DNA of 64,000 nt from Smithellaceae bacterium (lineage in GTDB: Bacteria; Desulfobacterota; Syntrophia; Syntrophales; Smithellaceae), in assembly GCA_963667845.2 (NCBI GenBank), contig CAXXVL010000002.1, positions 2,688,001-2,752,000 on the forward strand, given 5' to 3'. The notes beneath the pieces are model-generated. The model made no database searches, was not told the DNA's origin, and saw nothing but the letters and a program-made list of their open reading frames with translations. Both the position numbers and the translations under genes were made by a program. Position 1 is the first letter of the stretch. The number at the start of each line of letters is the position of its first letter. This document shows, piece after piece, positions 15,001-21,414 of the stretch.

Positions 15001-16008
15001 TATGCAGGAAAGGGCATGATTTTTTCGCTTTATTTCAAAGACCGTCTGCATGACCATGATGATCATGATTCCATATTCGGATATACGTACCGCGGTCATT
15101 TGCCCGGCACAACTCATACAGTCAATATACCAGCGGGAAGTCTTTTTGATGCGGCGACGTTCGAAGCAGAAGGGGAAGCCCTGAAGGTGGAGGCTGAAAA
15201 ACCGGAAAGTGTTCAGGCCTGGATCAAATGGCAGCACCGCTATGAGTGTAACCCATTGCCCGGTGAATACCCGGGAATTATTGCCAAACCCTATGGACTG
15301 GGAAAGACGGTATTTTTCGCTTTCGATTACAATGCATCACTGACGGATGATAATTATGCAACATTGGCAATGCTGTTAAAGAAGGCGGTCACCTATATCC
15401 ATGACGCGACGGTACCTGGCGTTTATCCGTCTCAGAAATATGTTCCCGTTCGGATCGGTTTGAAGAATCTTGGTGAAGCTGTTGATTTGCGGCTGACCGA
15501 AAGATACCCTGCGGGCATTGATATTTATGATCCGGAGACGGGTCAATGGATGACCGACAGGCCATGGATATTTGATGTTAACATACCGAAAGGCGAGGGC
15601 AGGACCATTGATTATTTTGCTTTTACCCCCGCTGTTACGGGCGTCTATGAGTTACAAACGGATGTAGACATGAGTGAAAATGGAAACTATCATTTTTACA
15701 AGAGTCTCAGTGTAAATGTGAATGTGAAAGAAACCGCTGCAAATCTTGAGGCAGATGTAGTCAATGCACTGAATGCCCTGCAGCCGACGTCAATGGCGGA
15801 CAAAAAACGGATCAGGAGCGCTGTTTCGCTGATAAAGACTGTCCGGGCCAGAAAGGTAAATTCCAAGCATGATGCAGAGAAGAATATCATGGATATTGTG
15901 TCCGCAGTAGAAAAATTGATTGATGTCCGAACGATCGATATCGTGAGTATCCGATTAATGCTGGACGAACTCCTTCAGATTTGGGAGGCAAAATATCAGA
16001 CGTATTGA
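1..16008 (+). CDS. Giant multidomain secreted/surface protein, 5'-partial (prenyltransferase-like QW repeats, CARDB, FlgD-Ig-like, TolB/PD40 beta-propellers, Ig-like, FN3, F5/8C-like)
   Basis: 5335-codon ORF open from base 1. QNSDGGWG/QNGDGGWG/QNGDGGFG/QSGDGSWY repeats; PDLAI...VDPDN.I.E....NN CARDB repeats; four SPN(G/N)DG motifs (2059, 4243, 6208, 6856); WSPDG/WAPDG repeats; LTW...DLAGYNLYR...Y.V.A.D..GNES FN3 repeats; RAFDGNTTTYW discoidin-like motif. Confidence 0.85.
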   Translation: MKNFSVAQHNYSRGLQWLSGNNLTVTDYLARKIETLKLSGQDVAALLADLVSRQNSDGGWGSNKTYMSNPMDTSFALRALSATGYADQSIVTPAIAYLKSTQNGDGGWGNEEGSNIESTANVLGAFNKYRQQYVLEDPIKNALAFLNARQNGDGGFGNSPSTVYDTAMAVIALQDIKGLTSGIQQGVNFILGLQSGDGSWYGSAHQTAMAVSAVWNATVTPDLAIDPQDITFTPNTITGLPASITVNAKITNLGRTDVPQVKVVLYDSVVSEATKVGEQLVAFPGQSAVSISFPIIIRDGNAHKFYISIDPDNVVAESNKVNNVAVNMISPATTYDFETLSSDISFSQNPVDITKDVTISSKISNKGIMNTYNVQVKYYIDDPAGRIDIATATVDIPANAVIASQVVWKTGKAGSNLPVAIEVDPNNAFTEISKTNNKAIAGLTVNGSTQPNLTASFKDIIITPAVINQQGSVNIKATIRNEGFAPVSTVKVDFYLGVPGVDGVLIGSQTILSLAAGLSAQVSLDWLSIPVSGEKILYVRVDPDNFLPEITKEDNDAFTTITILSIPDLAISANSITFDPSAPKDGDTVAINIIVKNLGRQAANNVTVRASESDTVIGSQAISVIAGNSQGTATVSFNTTGKPGAHEITVAVDPDNLIVERSKDNNIAMRAFGVQDANLWVTEKYISPNGDGIKDSTDFFFRLSLTQSVKINVINERGEVVRTFNDDTLSNISGGNISWNGFNDNGMVVADGEYQITIVDAGSNNIGSLVVTVDNNQSPLVKAIGTKYLLKNNLTCMLPDITDWQWFPDESGMLIQINNANPDAPEYTAGLYTVSPDGQDILRIVPWEWSDQDAKYSYSIDKEISPDGNQVLVVLKKWEKFDWYSTLVLSQLWVVDKDGRNLRLLDSYDSSVNKWIERGGWLPDSKQLAYSVSSELWLIKSDGADKVKIDSTAGGGLGYHKWSPDGKKMIYEYITYDETGSWDCRLELINTAGGKRVLTLGNDVGEYGFEWLGNEKIIVKSNLYSDFNQYLWLVDSTGIGNHIKLSDNLRSFEINPGKTKALFIEDSPDHTFLKIVDANGDISPVYETRKYQPTASIVSVRENTSPVSRVQKDVAVPANQSMSASWSPDGTKIALYDNTYELIDECHAVQYLVVIDLKTNSQKAYPSSTCVNTCDTNLGYQSDGKTRVASAKRDLLNDKNANSQTDPVNGNFRNGYIACVVVVDPSCAHDGANGLRWLSDNVSLLSSNGDGLFALNSDDGTKVYLPVPSEATLSPFGRYFTYGQYVDDTSICHGRGYQDIWAMSSLLNLTADLFVKKEKSAVVLRGTAADLHFEGYKLEYADAQNPTVWKLVKPPSDVSVINDVLTTWVPPSEGVFYVKLTVWDKAGNVKWDRKRVTWGLSASISNLYKTIDLMSPNGDGMKDTVELHYTVLEPVNLEFNIYDANNNVVRMYAKSHASTGEDFIAWDGRDSNGQTVPDGKYRIQVFDYDFFVTVDNTAPNTNIELSLIKQQCLTRPDEISPEDCSLYVDMHGLAYDVNLGGWIAEYGAGDNPPEWFEYLKGESVLAAADEGGNILSPLQMTKIATITGNDIAWFIGKKIRLAASDYAANRSTAVSSQLEERVILFKWDDKNLSLKESSARTAFLPANLIRTGVHDLSVLLTVRTPIVGMCVQYWNGHQWIDGPQNNNPPAGYTNIQWNNADINPDDIIAVRVGAMDETGNEHYSSIFYVRPTLALTASCNGNAFAHNYTLQKLSRLALQIISTDDTNYLEWTDWVVYETAGGNSVPEGEFQFIDALSDSNRVKPGKSYTFRMLVTESGENPQNYEPVTLAYPPKCMQMGLFIDYPEALQCNALSGTADLRIELKKGMYETANQYVSLDYSLRDAKGSQLLRHIDLSKNQNMSIRIDTTQIPEGRYTAEAKLKYVDLNNNLQTIEADAALVVDRTLPIAAITYPTDSTTVCPVKKANAGGDRFEIPIEGIAADATGIRDYAFYYGIGENLEAPRQADVTDIKKAQVHGKMGDWNVTNLSGADYNLRLKVVDTVGNTSCHAAKLTVDKRIEIHLFSDKYLFSPNGDGVLDDVTVNYDISEYAKVDAKVYRLLEQSDHTYVLDQAPIKTIAAGMTHIGGAGYLTWDGTTDAGPAAADDIYGITLLATDSCGNANTKWIPVRVDNTPPATVVKYPRPPDVLGNVVEVRGTADDLHFQSYVIEAGQGQNPESFAYVASGASAVKEETILGKWNTFGLEGAWTLRLTGKDVVGNEQATTVTINLGQRKNLVKDIGLLPTLFSPNNDGKLDTTIVKYELTDACQIKIEILDSDNVVRKTYTDTTPTQGSCTYVWDGKNDAGVVVPDGVYKLLLTAALSTNTAITQTEAATVTVDVTTPTIDIKQPLNDSYLKVGSLSVFGTVSDKNIKEYATVYSGDNGNVSLDAGNQNRENYIFSALTEIPEGKYTLNVKAKDNAENIKDSNIVFTIDTTSPQVILDKPKTGEYYGSDKNTINIAGSIIEKNLDYFKLRYGPGDNPAQWIDLQTANTVPTNPQLYTWRVGKNDGVADGVYTMSLYAKDKADWTGEAKVKIIIDNTSPDVSLTSLKNGDYVKAALDIKGTAFDVNLDNYLLEMSEDQCSTAFKWVSFKKSAASVTNGSLAMWQTIPVDGDYCIRLTASDKIGLKAEAKVQVKVDATPPLPTTLSGKVENKTDASFSWIKNTEADLAGYNLFRDDRKVNAEILTASTFADTALKEGTYKYTVKSIDLAGNESKPSNEIVLKVDITPPTVRIGSPVDGARVSSLLDIKGTAFSQDDFTQYRVSVGRGAAPDSWTLIRTSPLPEMFGSLAQWDTISSPDGVYAIKLEAEDISGNAGTYQISVNVDNTPPSATVFLTAVPNGSSVTLTWQASAASDLAGYLLYRNDQLANVAGVAVGNLKPYLITGTTYVDKILPDGKMKYYVVAMDQAGNAGDQSNMLEVTIDTHPPHITITEPLNLVKFQNKTLLRGESPDLDIANVQYQYKKTTDATWHTLGGAIIKIPFVTYIDPVALGLTYGDYNVRAVATDKGGNVDPSPAFITLKYTDLAAPAAPADLKAPVNGADVSLLWKANQEIDLNGYNIYRATGSGAKTKLNTTIIKDAAYQDKGLADAFYAYVVTALDTLGNESEPSGIVAVKIYAPKLSQPYTPSGQRAISMSGTDGGAGNSLELFVDSGTGPVSQGTVTVDGVGAFSVPVLNLTSGENKITAAAKDAAGNISKVSESVYVVFNEPPAMPTGFGAAVQGHEVNLTWNPNAEADLSGYNLYRNGVKVNKALPVTSGNATASSSDYFNVSDRAFDGNTTTYWHTYSRTSPESQAWWEVALPSIELINRLEIYWHSYTDDYGAEIIYGGRNFEIQVWSGHVWITHDRVTGNTARQNLFEFSPSYRTDRIRIHITDAHDPSSVGLVEVKVSKDNVISQTNYTDLNVSDGRYKYKLTAVDYYGFESVPTEEKQTAVGDVILPDAPLNLTTSVSGSNIVSNWDANTDQDLAGYAAYRNNGPAWIRLNPAALATANTYTDAGLANGSYLYRVTAFDAVGNESLPSNESQAMVNIDPPQPPVSLSISVIARGGALSATWTYSGQAPAGCNLYRATTSGGPYIKVNSAFIGTNTFLDENLTNGATYYYVVTAVDALGNESAYSNEAVGTPQDGEVPLTPNIYSPTISCVPVTLYQNITDITGNAEPGSTVELFRNELSWGKVTALNQTFTRKILLENVADVAVSPDGAMLTYDQNNYVWLKNIADNTLKQIGEGYTRASWAPDSVRFAYRNYDSRYQMYNIKTGISSALTHDENVYEENLSWSSDAGKIVFVSGNYEWNAWVKDLTSGELKQVTFSGNVYNAKISPDGTRIAYFENYDLYVVNAGSLQTIKIDSDAREDWISWSPDSKKITYVSTKNTPNNILVADVETNQIIKTINSPDNESSPIWAPDGQSIIFMQKNSGAGYTASEARLNSEQINSLASNIGDNFAYIDCLRSGDIAYYDQNQLNMITRKGQFSFKDAALKEGINIFYVKAADAFENISAPSDAINVFCNTSTMPDLEMTADDIAVYPPYPKPGERVSIYVSPRNVGAVDAENVTIAIYMLTNGKWTLLKYEPVPLIVAGASQPIHLEWSSMTATGLNTFFAAIDPEDAIREISEDNNTAFKDIVVMERSGVEMTTKLDAGQYGSDQDVRINVNVRNSGEGLSALLTVAVEDIDGGLAATLVPVNIQMDYASDKNISFVWNTASSFSGQYHVRAVLKSGQTAMAENIVAFKITPEMKVDPVTLTTDKTIYLSNENTEMSVNITNASTNVIIPELTATVRITDAGAAVIFADEKKIATLLAGATCNVKSLWNTAASLPGIYLVTLEVFVEKNLVATRTAQFSIDLIGRVTGSIAAAPTSVLYGSDARFDYTVKNTGNMDLSGLPLLLTIIDPGLQDVLSSVEAAVDLPIHAEKTGSFIIATQGYKLTTYVAVLQSVHQGNVRKIADASFVVRDGLSPVLSLLTPIAGTVCKSAIDIAVTVVDDLSGVARVEYQIDAGEWKYLPVADAATGRYSVVWNPVKADEGAHTISFRAIDQALNMSIPVSTNIIINLTPVMAPVINSPANNATVVIDTINIMGVSEPGYTVNMEFQGNASMAQGDVTSGAITFAGIRLTPGSNNFKFFAKDQTGNTSDVVQYALIYLPLKTTLAVDKPAYSIKEDVNIAARMSNISTAYPLGNLTAKLSLLGSGGQTIFNEEQPIAALAPGASLDLKRIWNTVVNSRGSYSVKLQMFDGNNLLSTDVTTFEILSTTVTGDGLAGTVAASPAQVFIGNNEAISYSVSNGGNEDIMAMTVKTLILNSATQTQVAEFTDQQSITKDSAVAGINNFLTSSLIPGFYSAVLMVVTPSMAMPKKLAFAEFEIKGGVEMTKTINTATHNLLTWVNDKCLRGISRNEANCVKPRPDQTCVRLDLLEKILKDSEANYHIVYDRDDFTAALRNPFYTDFIIFGDHEPLTGHHAAELREQIYAGKGMIFSLYFKDRLHDHDDHDSIFGYTYRGHLPGTTHTVNIPAGSLFDAATFEAEGEALKVEAEKPESVQAWIKWQHRYECNPLPGEYPGIIAKPYGLGKTVFFAFDYNASLTDDNYATLAMLLKKAVTYIHDATVPGVYPSQKYVPVRIGLKNLGEAVDLRLTERYPAGIDIYDPETGQWMTDRPWIFDVNIPKGEGRTIDYFAFTPAVTGVYELQTDVDMSENGNYHFYKSLSVNVNVKETAANLEADVVNALNALQPTSMADKKRIRSAVSLIKTVRARKVNSKHDAEKNIMDIVSAVEKLIDVRTIDIVSIRLMLDELLQIWEAKYQTY

Positions 16009-16514
16009 AATAGCAGGTTTTGCCTCGGGGAACGGCGACAAAGCCTGACATAAGGAATCCAGTACCTGCACTTCTTCTGCCGTCGGGCGGCCGGGGGAAA
16101 TGCGTGCGAAAGATAGCGCGGGATTTTTGTGATTATTTTATCTTCAGCATAAGGCTTTTCTTCTGAACGGGAATAATTAAGATATTCCCCCGTCTTGCCG
16201 ATTGAAATTGATTTGATCGAGGCAGGATGAATCCTGCATCATTTTATGCACTCTGATCGCGAAGCAATGACCGCCTTTTTCTTCAGAAAAAACTATAAAT
16301 CGTGCTGTCGCCATAGTATATGCTTTCAAAAGATTATTGAAATGTTGTGGATTTGAAGAAACAAAAAGATTAATAAGAAATAGTTCGAGCATAACTTACA
16401 GCCTGAGCCTGAAGAATAGTGCTGAGACAACTCTTCAAGGGGAGAGCTTCTTTCATTCTTTGAATAGTGAATGGATCGCATCTGATAATTCGAGATATGC
16501 AGGGTCAAATATCA

Positions 16515-18173
16515 ATGAAGAATGTTTCTCTGAAATATAACTACTTTATTATTATCCTTCTTCTTGTAACGATTTTTCTTTTTGCCGCATTTGAGTCCCT
16601 GTTGGCACTTACCCCTCCCATTGCCCGCGATGTGCTTATTCATCATCTGGCGATTCCCAAGCTGTGGCTGCTTCATGGCGGATTTTATGATACTCCCTGG
16701 GCGCTCTATTCCTATTACCCGATGAATCTGGATCTGCTCTACATCGTGCCCCTGTATTTCGGGAATGATATCATCCCTAATTTTATTCATATGAGTTTTA
16801 GTTTTGGTACAGCCATACTGATTTACCTGTATTTGAAAAAAAAGGTGGGGCTGCTCGCCGGTCTTCTGGGAGCCGCTGCATTTATCAGTTTGCCGATTGT
16901 CGTGAGAATGTCTACAACGGCCTACGTTGATTTTGGGCTGGTATTCTTTTCAACGGCAAGCGTTCTGGCTTTGATTTGCTGGAGGGACAGCGAATATAAG
17001 AAAACCGGCTGGCTGATGATTTCAGCTGTTACGATGGGACTGGCAATGGGTACAAAATATAATGCGCTGCTGGCCTGGTTCTTCCTTACGCTGGCTGTCG
17101 TATTTATATATGCGAAAGATACGGGGAAGCAATGGCCTGCGCTGAAATGGGGTTCGATTTTCTTCCTTGTTTCACTGCTCGTATTTTCTCCGTGGTTGAT
17201 CAAGAATGCTATCCTGACCGGGAACCCATTCTACCCCTTGTTTCGGGGAGTGTTCGGCAATTTGGGAACAAGCAGCTCCGGAGGAGTATACTCGCTGGTA
17301 TCAGGCAGTTCCGGTTTGGGCATGTTTAAGGCACGGGAAATGTTATACGGCGAAAGTATCTGGGAATCTCTATTGATCCCGATTCGCTTTTTTTTCCAGG
17401 GGCAGGATAATACTCCCCGTTATTTTGACGGAGTTTTGAATCCTGTGCTGATCCTGATAGCTCCGTTTGCCTTCATCAATGGAAAACTGAAAGCTGATAA
17501 ACTTCTTTTTCTCTCTTTTGCCTGCTTTTTTATCTTCATGGCTTTTTTTCTGGACCAGCATCGCATCCGCTATATACTGCCGGCCATTCCGTTTGTCATT
17601 ATTCTGATGGCGATGGGTTTTGTTCATCTCTTCGGGTGGATCAATGAGAAGCCCGGACCCTATCAGATTATTTATAAAGGTGTCTTTGCGGTTGTTTTGG
17701 TCTGCATGGTAGCGATCAATATGGTTTATATGGGACGATATTTTCAAACGATCGCTCCTGTTGATTATATTCTGAAGAAAGAATCCAGGGATCAATTCAT
17801 AGCAAGGCATGATCTCAGTTATCCGGCCATTCGCTATATCAATGATCATACACCTGAAAATTCTAAAATCAGGCTGATTTTATTGGCCGGACGGGGCTAT
17901 TATCTAAACCGGCCTTACGAAGACAATGCGTCTTTCGGAATTGATATTATAAACAATTTGGTGTCGCGCTCAAGTGATCCGGCGTCCTTTCAAAAATATC
18001 TGAAATCCTTGAACTGCACCCATCTTCTTATCCGTTATGATTTGTTTGGGCAGCATTTGACGCAGATCTTTTCGAAAGCGCAGATTCAGCAATTATCTGA
18101 ACTGTTGGAGAGAGAAACAAGAATTATTTTCCGAGATGATCACTATGCGGTTTTTCAGATCGTATCTAACTAA
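16515..18173 (+). CDS. Polytopic membrane GT-C-type (ArnT/PMT-like) glycosyltransferase
   Basis: Many TM segments; D.L.HHLAIPK, AYVD, G.A.GTKY and PWLIKN..LTGNPFYP motifs; C-terminal soluble YIN.HTP domain. ATG at 16515 chosen over the ORF-track start at 16467. Confidence 0.7.
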   Translation: MKNVSLKYNYFIIILLLVTIFLFAAFESLLALTPPIARDVLIHHLAIPKLWLLHGGFYDTPWALYSYYPMNLDLLYIVPLYFGNDIIPNFIHMSFSFGTAILIYLYLKKKVGLLAGLLGAAAFISLPIVVRMSTTAYVDFGLVFFSTASVLALICWRDSEYKKTGWLMISAVTMGLAMGTKYNALLAWFFLTLAVVFIYAKDTGKQWPALKWGSIFFLVSLLVFSPWLIKNAILTGNPFYPLFRGVFGNLGTSSSGGVYSLVSGSSGLGMFKAREMLYGESIWESLLIPIRFFFQGQDNTPRYFDGVLNPVLILIAPFAFINGKLKADKLLFLSFACFFIFMAFFLDQHRIRYILPAIPFVIILMAMGFVHLFGWINEKPGPYQIIYKGVFAVVLVCMVAINMVYMGRYFQTIAPVDYILKKESRDQFIARHDLSYPAIRYINDHTPENSKIRLILLAGRGYYLNRPYEDNASFGIDIINNLVSRSSDPASFQKYLKSLNCTHLLIRYDLFGQHLTQIFSKAQIQQLSELLERETRIIFRDDHYAVFQIVSN

Positions 18174-18921
18174 AATACATAGCCTTTCCATCACTATTCC
18201 ATTATGTTTATTTGCCTTGACTTTAACTCAGGTTTGGTTTATTACTCACATTGACTTTTGGTCAGTAATTGACCCGAACCCATAAGAGACTAAAAGTTAT
18301 CCCTTGGGGAGCGCGGTAAAAGTACAAATCTGAACCGTCTGCAAGCCTTGGTCTGATTGCCGGCTTTCGAGAGCAAAACCAGATTTGACTGAATTTCCGG
18401 ATAAACAGATAATGGTTTCAGCAACTGTTATTTCTTCCCTGAGCGTCAGGAATTGATCCCGGTTGCATGTAATCGGGGGAAATCAATTTCCAATATTTTT
18501 GACTTCTCTTCACGGTGGAAAGGGAGCCACGGAATGCCTGAAGTCTTTATTGTCATAATTTTCGGTGCGTGGTTTCATACTCGAATAATGATATCGCGAA
18601 TAAGTGTTTCATCCAGCTCGTTTATTCGCCCAATTTTTTATCAGAACTTACATCTTCTTTTTTTATCATATCAAAAACAAAATCGAAAAGCCCCTCGCTG
18701 TGTTCTTCGCGGCGACGTGTTTTGCGCTGCCGGAAAATAAACAGTAGAAAGGAGTTGTCTGCCCGATATCATAACTTAGGATCATAAATGAACCGGAAAT
18801 ACATGCGGTTCATGAAATATTGAATGAGGCGTGAATGCTAATCGAGGCGCTGCTTGGCCTCAAACAATTTGTGAGCCGTAAAACAAACGAGCGGTTCATA
18901 AGAAAGAGAAGGAGGAGAATA

Positions 18922-21342
18922 ATGTCATTAAAGATCAAAAAAGCGGCTGTTTTAGGTGCGGGAGTCATGGGCGCGACCATCGCGGCTCATCTGACCAATG
19001 CCGGTATCGAATGCTACTTACTCGATATCATTCCCTTTGAACTGACGGATGCCGACAAGAAACAAGGCCTGACGGAAAAAAGCCCTGCTTGGCGCAATCG
19101 CTTCGCGGCAAACGGTCTGGCCGGGGTTACAAAATCGAAACCCGCCAGTTTCTTTACCAAGAAAAACGCATCCATGATCAAAATCGGCAATTTTGAGGAC
19201 AATTTAAAATGGCTGGCCGATGTGGATTGGATTTGCGAAGTTGTCGTCGAAAACCTCAAAATCAAACAGGACCTTTTTGCCAAGGTTGAAAAAGTTATTA
19301 AACCGACCTGCATCGTTTCGACGAATACCTCCGGTATTCCCATTAAAGACATCAGCGCAAAATTCGGCGCAGGTTTGAAGAAACATTTCCTGGGAACCCA
19401 CTTCTTTAATCCTCCCCGCTACATGAAACTGATGGAAATCATTCCCGGCGTGGACACGGATAAAGAGATTGTCGATTTCATGGTGAAATTCAGCGAGCAG
19501 ACGCTGGGTAAGGGTGTTGTTGTTTGCAAAGACAGCCCGAACTTTATTGGAAACCGCATTGGTTCGTTCGATTTGTCAAACGCTCAGCGTATTATGTATG
19601 AGAGAAAATATAAAATTGATGAAACTGACGCCATTGTCGGCAAAGCCCTCGGCCGTCCCGGTACAGCACTGTTTGGGACGATAGATCTGGTTGGTTTGGA
19701 TATTGGCGCCCATGTATCCAAGAATCTCTATGATGCCGTTCCCAATGACGAAATGCGCGATATGTTCTTACCCCTGCCTTTCGGTGAGAAGATGCTCGCC
19801 AATAAGTGGCTCGGCAATAAGACCAAACAGGGCTTCTATAAGAAAATCAAAGATGCCAAGGGCAAGAATGTCAAACTGATGCTGGATATCGACACGATGG
19901 AATATGTACTGTCCGGCAAACCGAAGTTTGATTCTATCTCGGCAGCCAAGAAGAAAGAAAACATCGCCGACGGTATGAAGCTGGTCTTTTTTGCTGAAGA
20001 CAGAGCCGGTGAATTTGTTCGTGAATATCTCTGCAAAAACTTCATCTATGCGGCAAACCGCGTGGGTGAAATCTGTGATGATATTATGTCCATCGATAAC
20101 GCCATGAAGTGGGGCTACAATCATCAGCTGGGGCCTTTCGAGTCCTGGGATGCTGTGGGCGTTAAAGAAGCCATCGATGTCATGAAAAAGATGAAGCTGA
20201 AAGTTCCCAAGAAGATCGAAGAAATGCTGAAGAAAGGGTGTGACTCTTTCTACACCACCAAGCCGGACGGAAAATATTATTACGACTTTGAGAAAAAGGC
20301 GTATGCGAAGATCGATGAAAATCCCCGCATCATCATTCTGCCTTCGCTCAAAGAACGCAGCAAGATCGTTAAAGAAAACGGCAGCGCCAGCCTGATTGAC
20401 ATCGGTGACGGCGTGGTCTGTCTGGAATTTCATACCAAGATGAACTCTATCGATGAGGGCCTGACCACTATGCAGCACGAAGCCTGCGATATCGTCGAAA
20501 AAGATTTCGTGGGAATGGTCGTTGCCAATCATGATCCGCGCGCTTTCTCCGCGGGCGCGAACGTGTTTCAGGTCCTCGCTGCAGCACAGATGGGGCAGTG
20601 GGATCTGATTGAGAAAGGTATCGAGTCTCTGCAGGGCGGCAACATGAAGATGAAATATCTTTCCAAGCCCGTCGTAACGGCCCCGGCCGGTATGGCTCTT
20701 GGCGGCGGCTGCGAAATAGCGATGCACGGTGCCCGTTGTCTGCCTAACGGCGAGTCCTACATGGGCCTCGTTGAAGTCGGCGTCGGCGTGATTCCGGCGG
20801 GCGGCGGCTGCAAGGAACTTCTGGTCCGTTTAACCGAAGGCATTCCGGACGGTATTGTTGAAATGGGCATTAATTTACAGTACCACATGGCCAAGGCTTT
20901 TGAAAACATCGCCATGGCAAAAGTTTCCACCAGCGCAGCGGAAGCCATGGAACTGGGCTATGTCCGTAAGTCGGAAACCATCAACATGAGCCGTGATCAG
21001 CAAATTTATGAAGCCAAACAACTTGTCCTGTCTCTGGTTATGGCGGGGTACAAACCGCCCAAACCGGCTTTGATTCCTGTAATGGGTGAGAACCTGCGCG
21101 GATTCGTGGAAGGCATTATCATGAATATGCGATACGGCAATTTCATTTCCGATTACGATTTGTTTGTATGCAGAAAAATTGCTCAGGTTCTTTCCGGCGG
21201 CGACTGTGCCGAGGGAACGTTTGTGTCGGAACAGGAAATCCTGGACCTGGAAAAAGAGGCTTTTGTCAGCCTGTGTGGCGAGAAGAATACACAGGCACGC
21301 ATTATGTATATGCTGAGCAACGGCAAGCCGCTGCGTAACTAA
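18922..21342 (+). CDS. 3-hydroxyacyl-CoA dehydrogenase/enoyl-CoA hydratase fusion (FadN-like)
   Basis: GAGVMG Rossmann motif, STNTSGIP, HFFNPPRYM, C-terminal crotonase with FSAGAN and ALGGGCE; AGGAGG RBS before ATG 18922. Confidence 0.92.
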   Translation: MSLKIKKAAVLGAGVMGATIAAHLTNAGIECYLLDIIPFELTDADKKQGLTEKSPAWRNRFAANGLAGVTKSKPASFFTKKNASMIKIGNFEDNLKWLADVDWICEVVVENLKIKQDLFAKVEKVIKPTCIVSTNTSGIPIKDISAKFGAGLKKHFLGTHFFNPPRYMKLMEIIPGVDTDKEIVDFMVKFSEQTLGKGVVVCKDSPNFIGNRIGSFDLSNAQRIMYERKYKIDETDAIVGKALGRPGTALFGTIDLVGLDIGAHVSKNLYDAVPNDEMRDMFLPLPFGEKMLANKWLGNKTKQGFYKKIKDAKGKNVKLMLDIDTMEYVLSGKPKFDSISAAKKKENIADGMKLVFFAEDRAGEFVREYLCKNFIYAANRVGEICDDIMSIDNAMKWGYNHQLGPFESWDAVGVKEAIDVMKKMKLKVPKKIEEMLKKGCDSFYTTKPDGKYYYDFEKKAYAKIDENPRIIILPSLKERSKIVKENGSASLIDIGDGVVCLEFHTKMNSIDEGLTTMQHEACDIVEKDFVGMVVANHDPRAFSAGANVFQVLAAAQMGQWDLIEKGIESLQGGNMKMKYLSKPVVTAPAGMALGGGCEIAMHGARCLPNGESYMGLVEVGVGVIPAGGGCKELLVRLTEGIPDGIVEMGINLQYHMAKAFENIAMAKVSTSAAEAMELGYVRKSETINMSRDQQIYEAKQLVLSLVMAGYKPPKPALIPVMGENLRGFVEGIIMNMRYGNFISDYDLFVCRKIAQVLSGGDCAEGTFVSEQEILDLEKEAFVSLCGEKNTQARIMYMLSNGKPLRN

Positions 21343-21414
21343 TATTTTATGAACAACAGGCGCGGTGTTTATTGATTTGTGATCCGCGCTTTCATGACAT
21401 GAAGGAGGATAATC

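Noticed and set aside
18453..18787. Short ORFs in the fadN upstream region (also 16177-16540, 23479-24039, 40290-40929)
   Set aside because: No RBS or motif support; they overlap each other or real genes, or lie in AT-rich intergenic DNA
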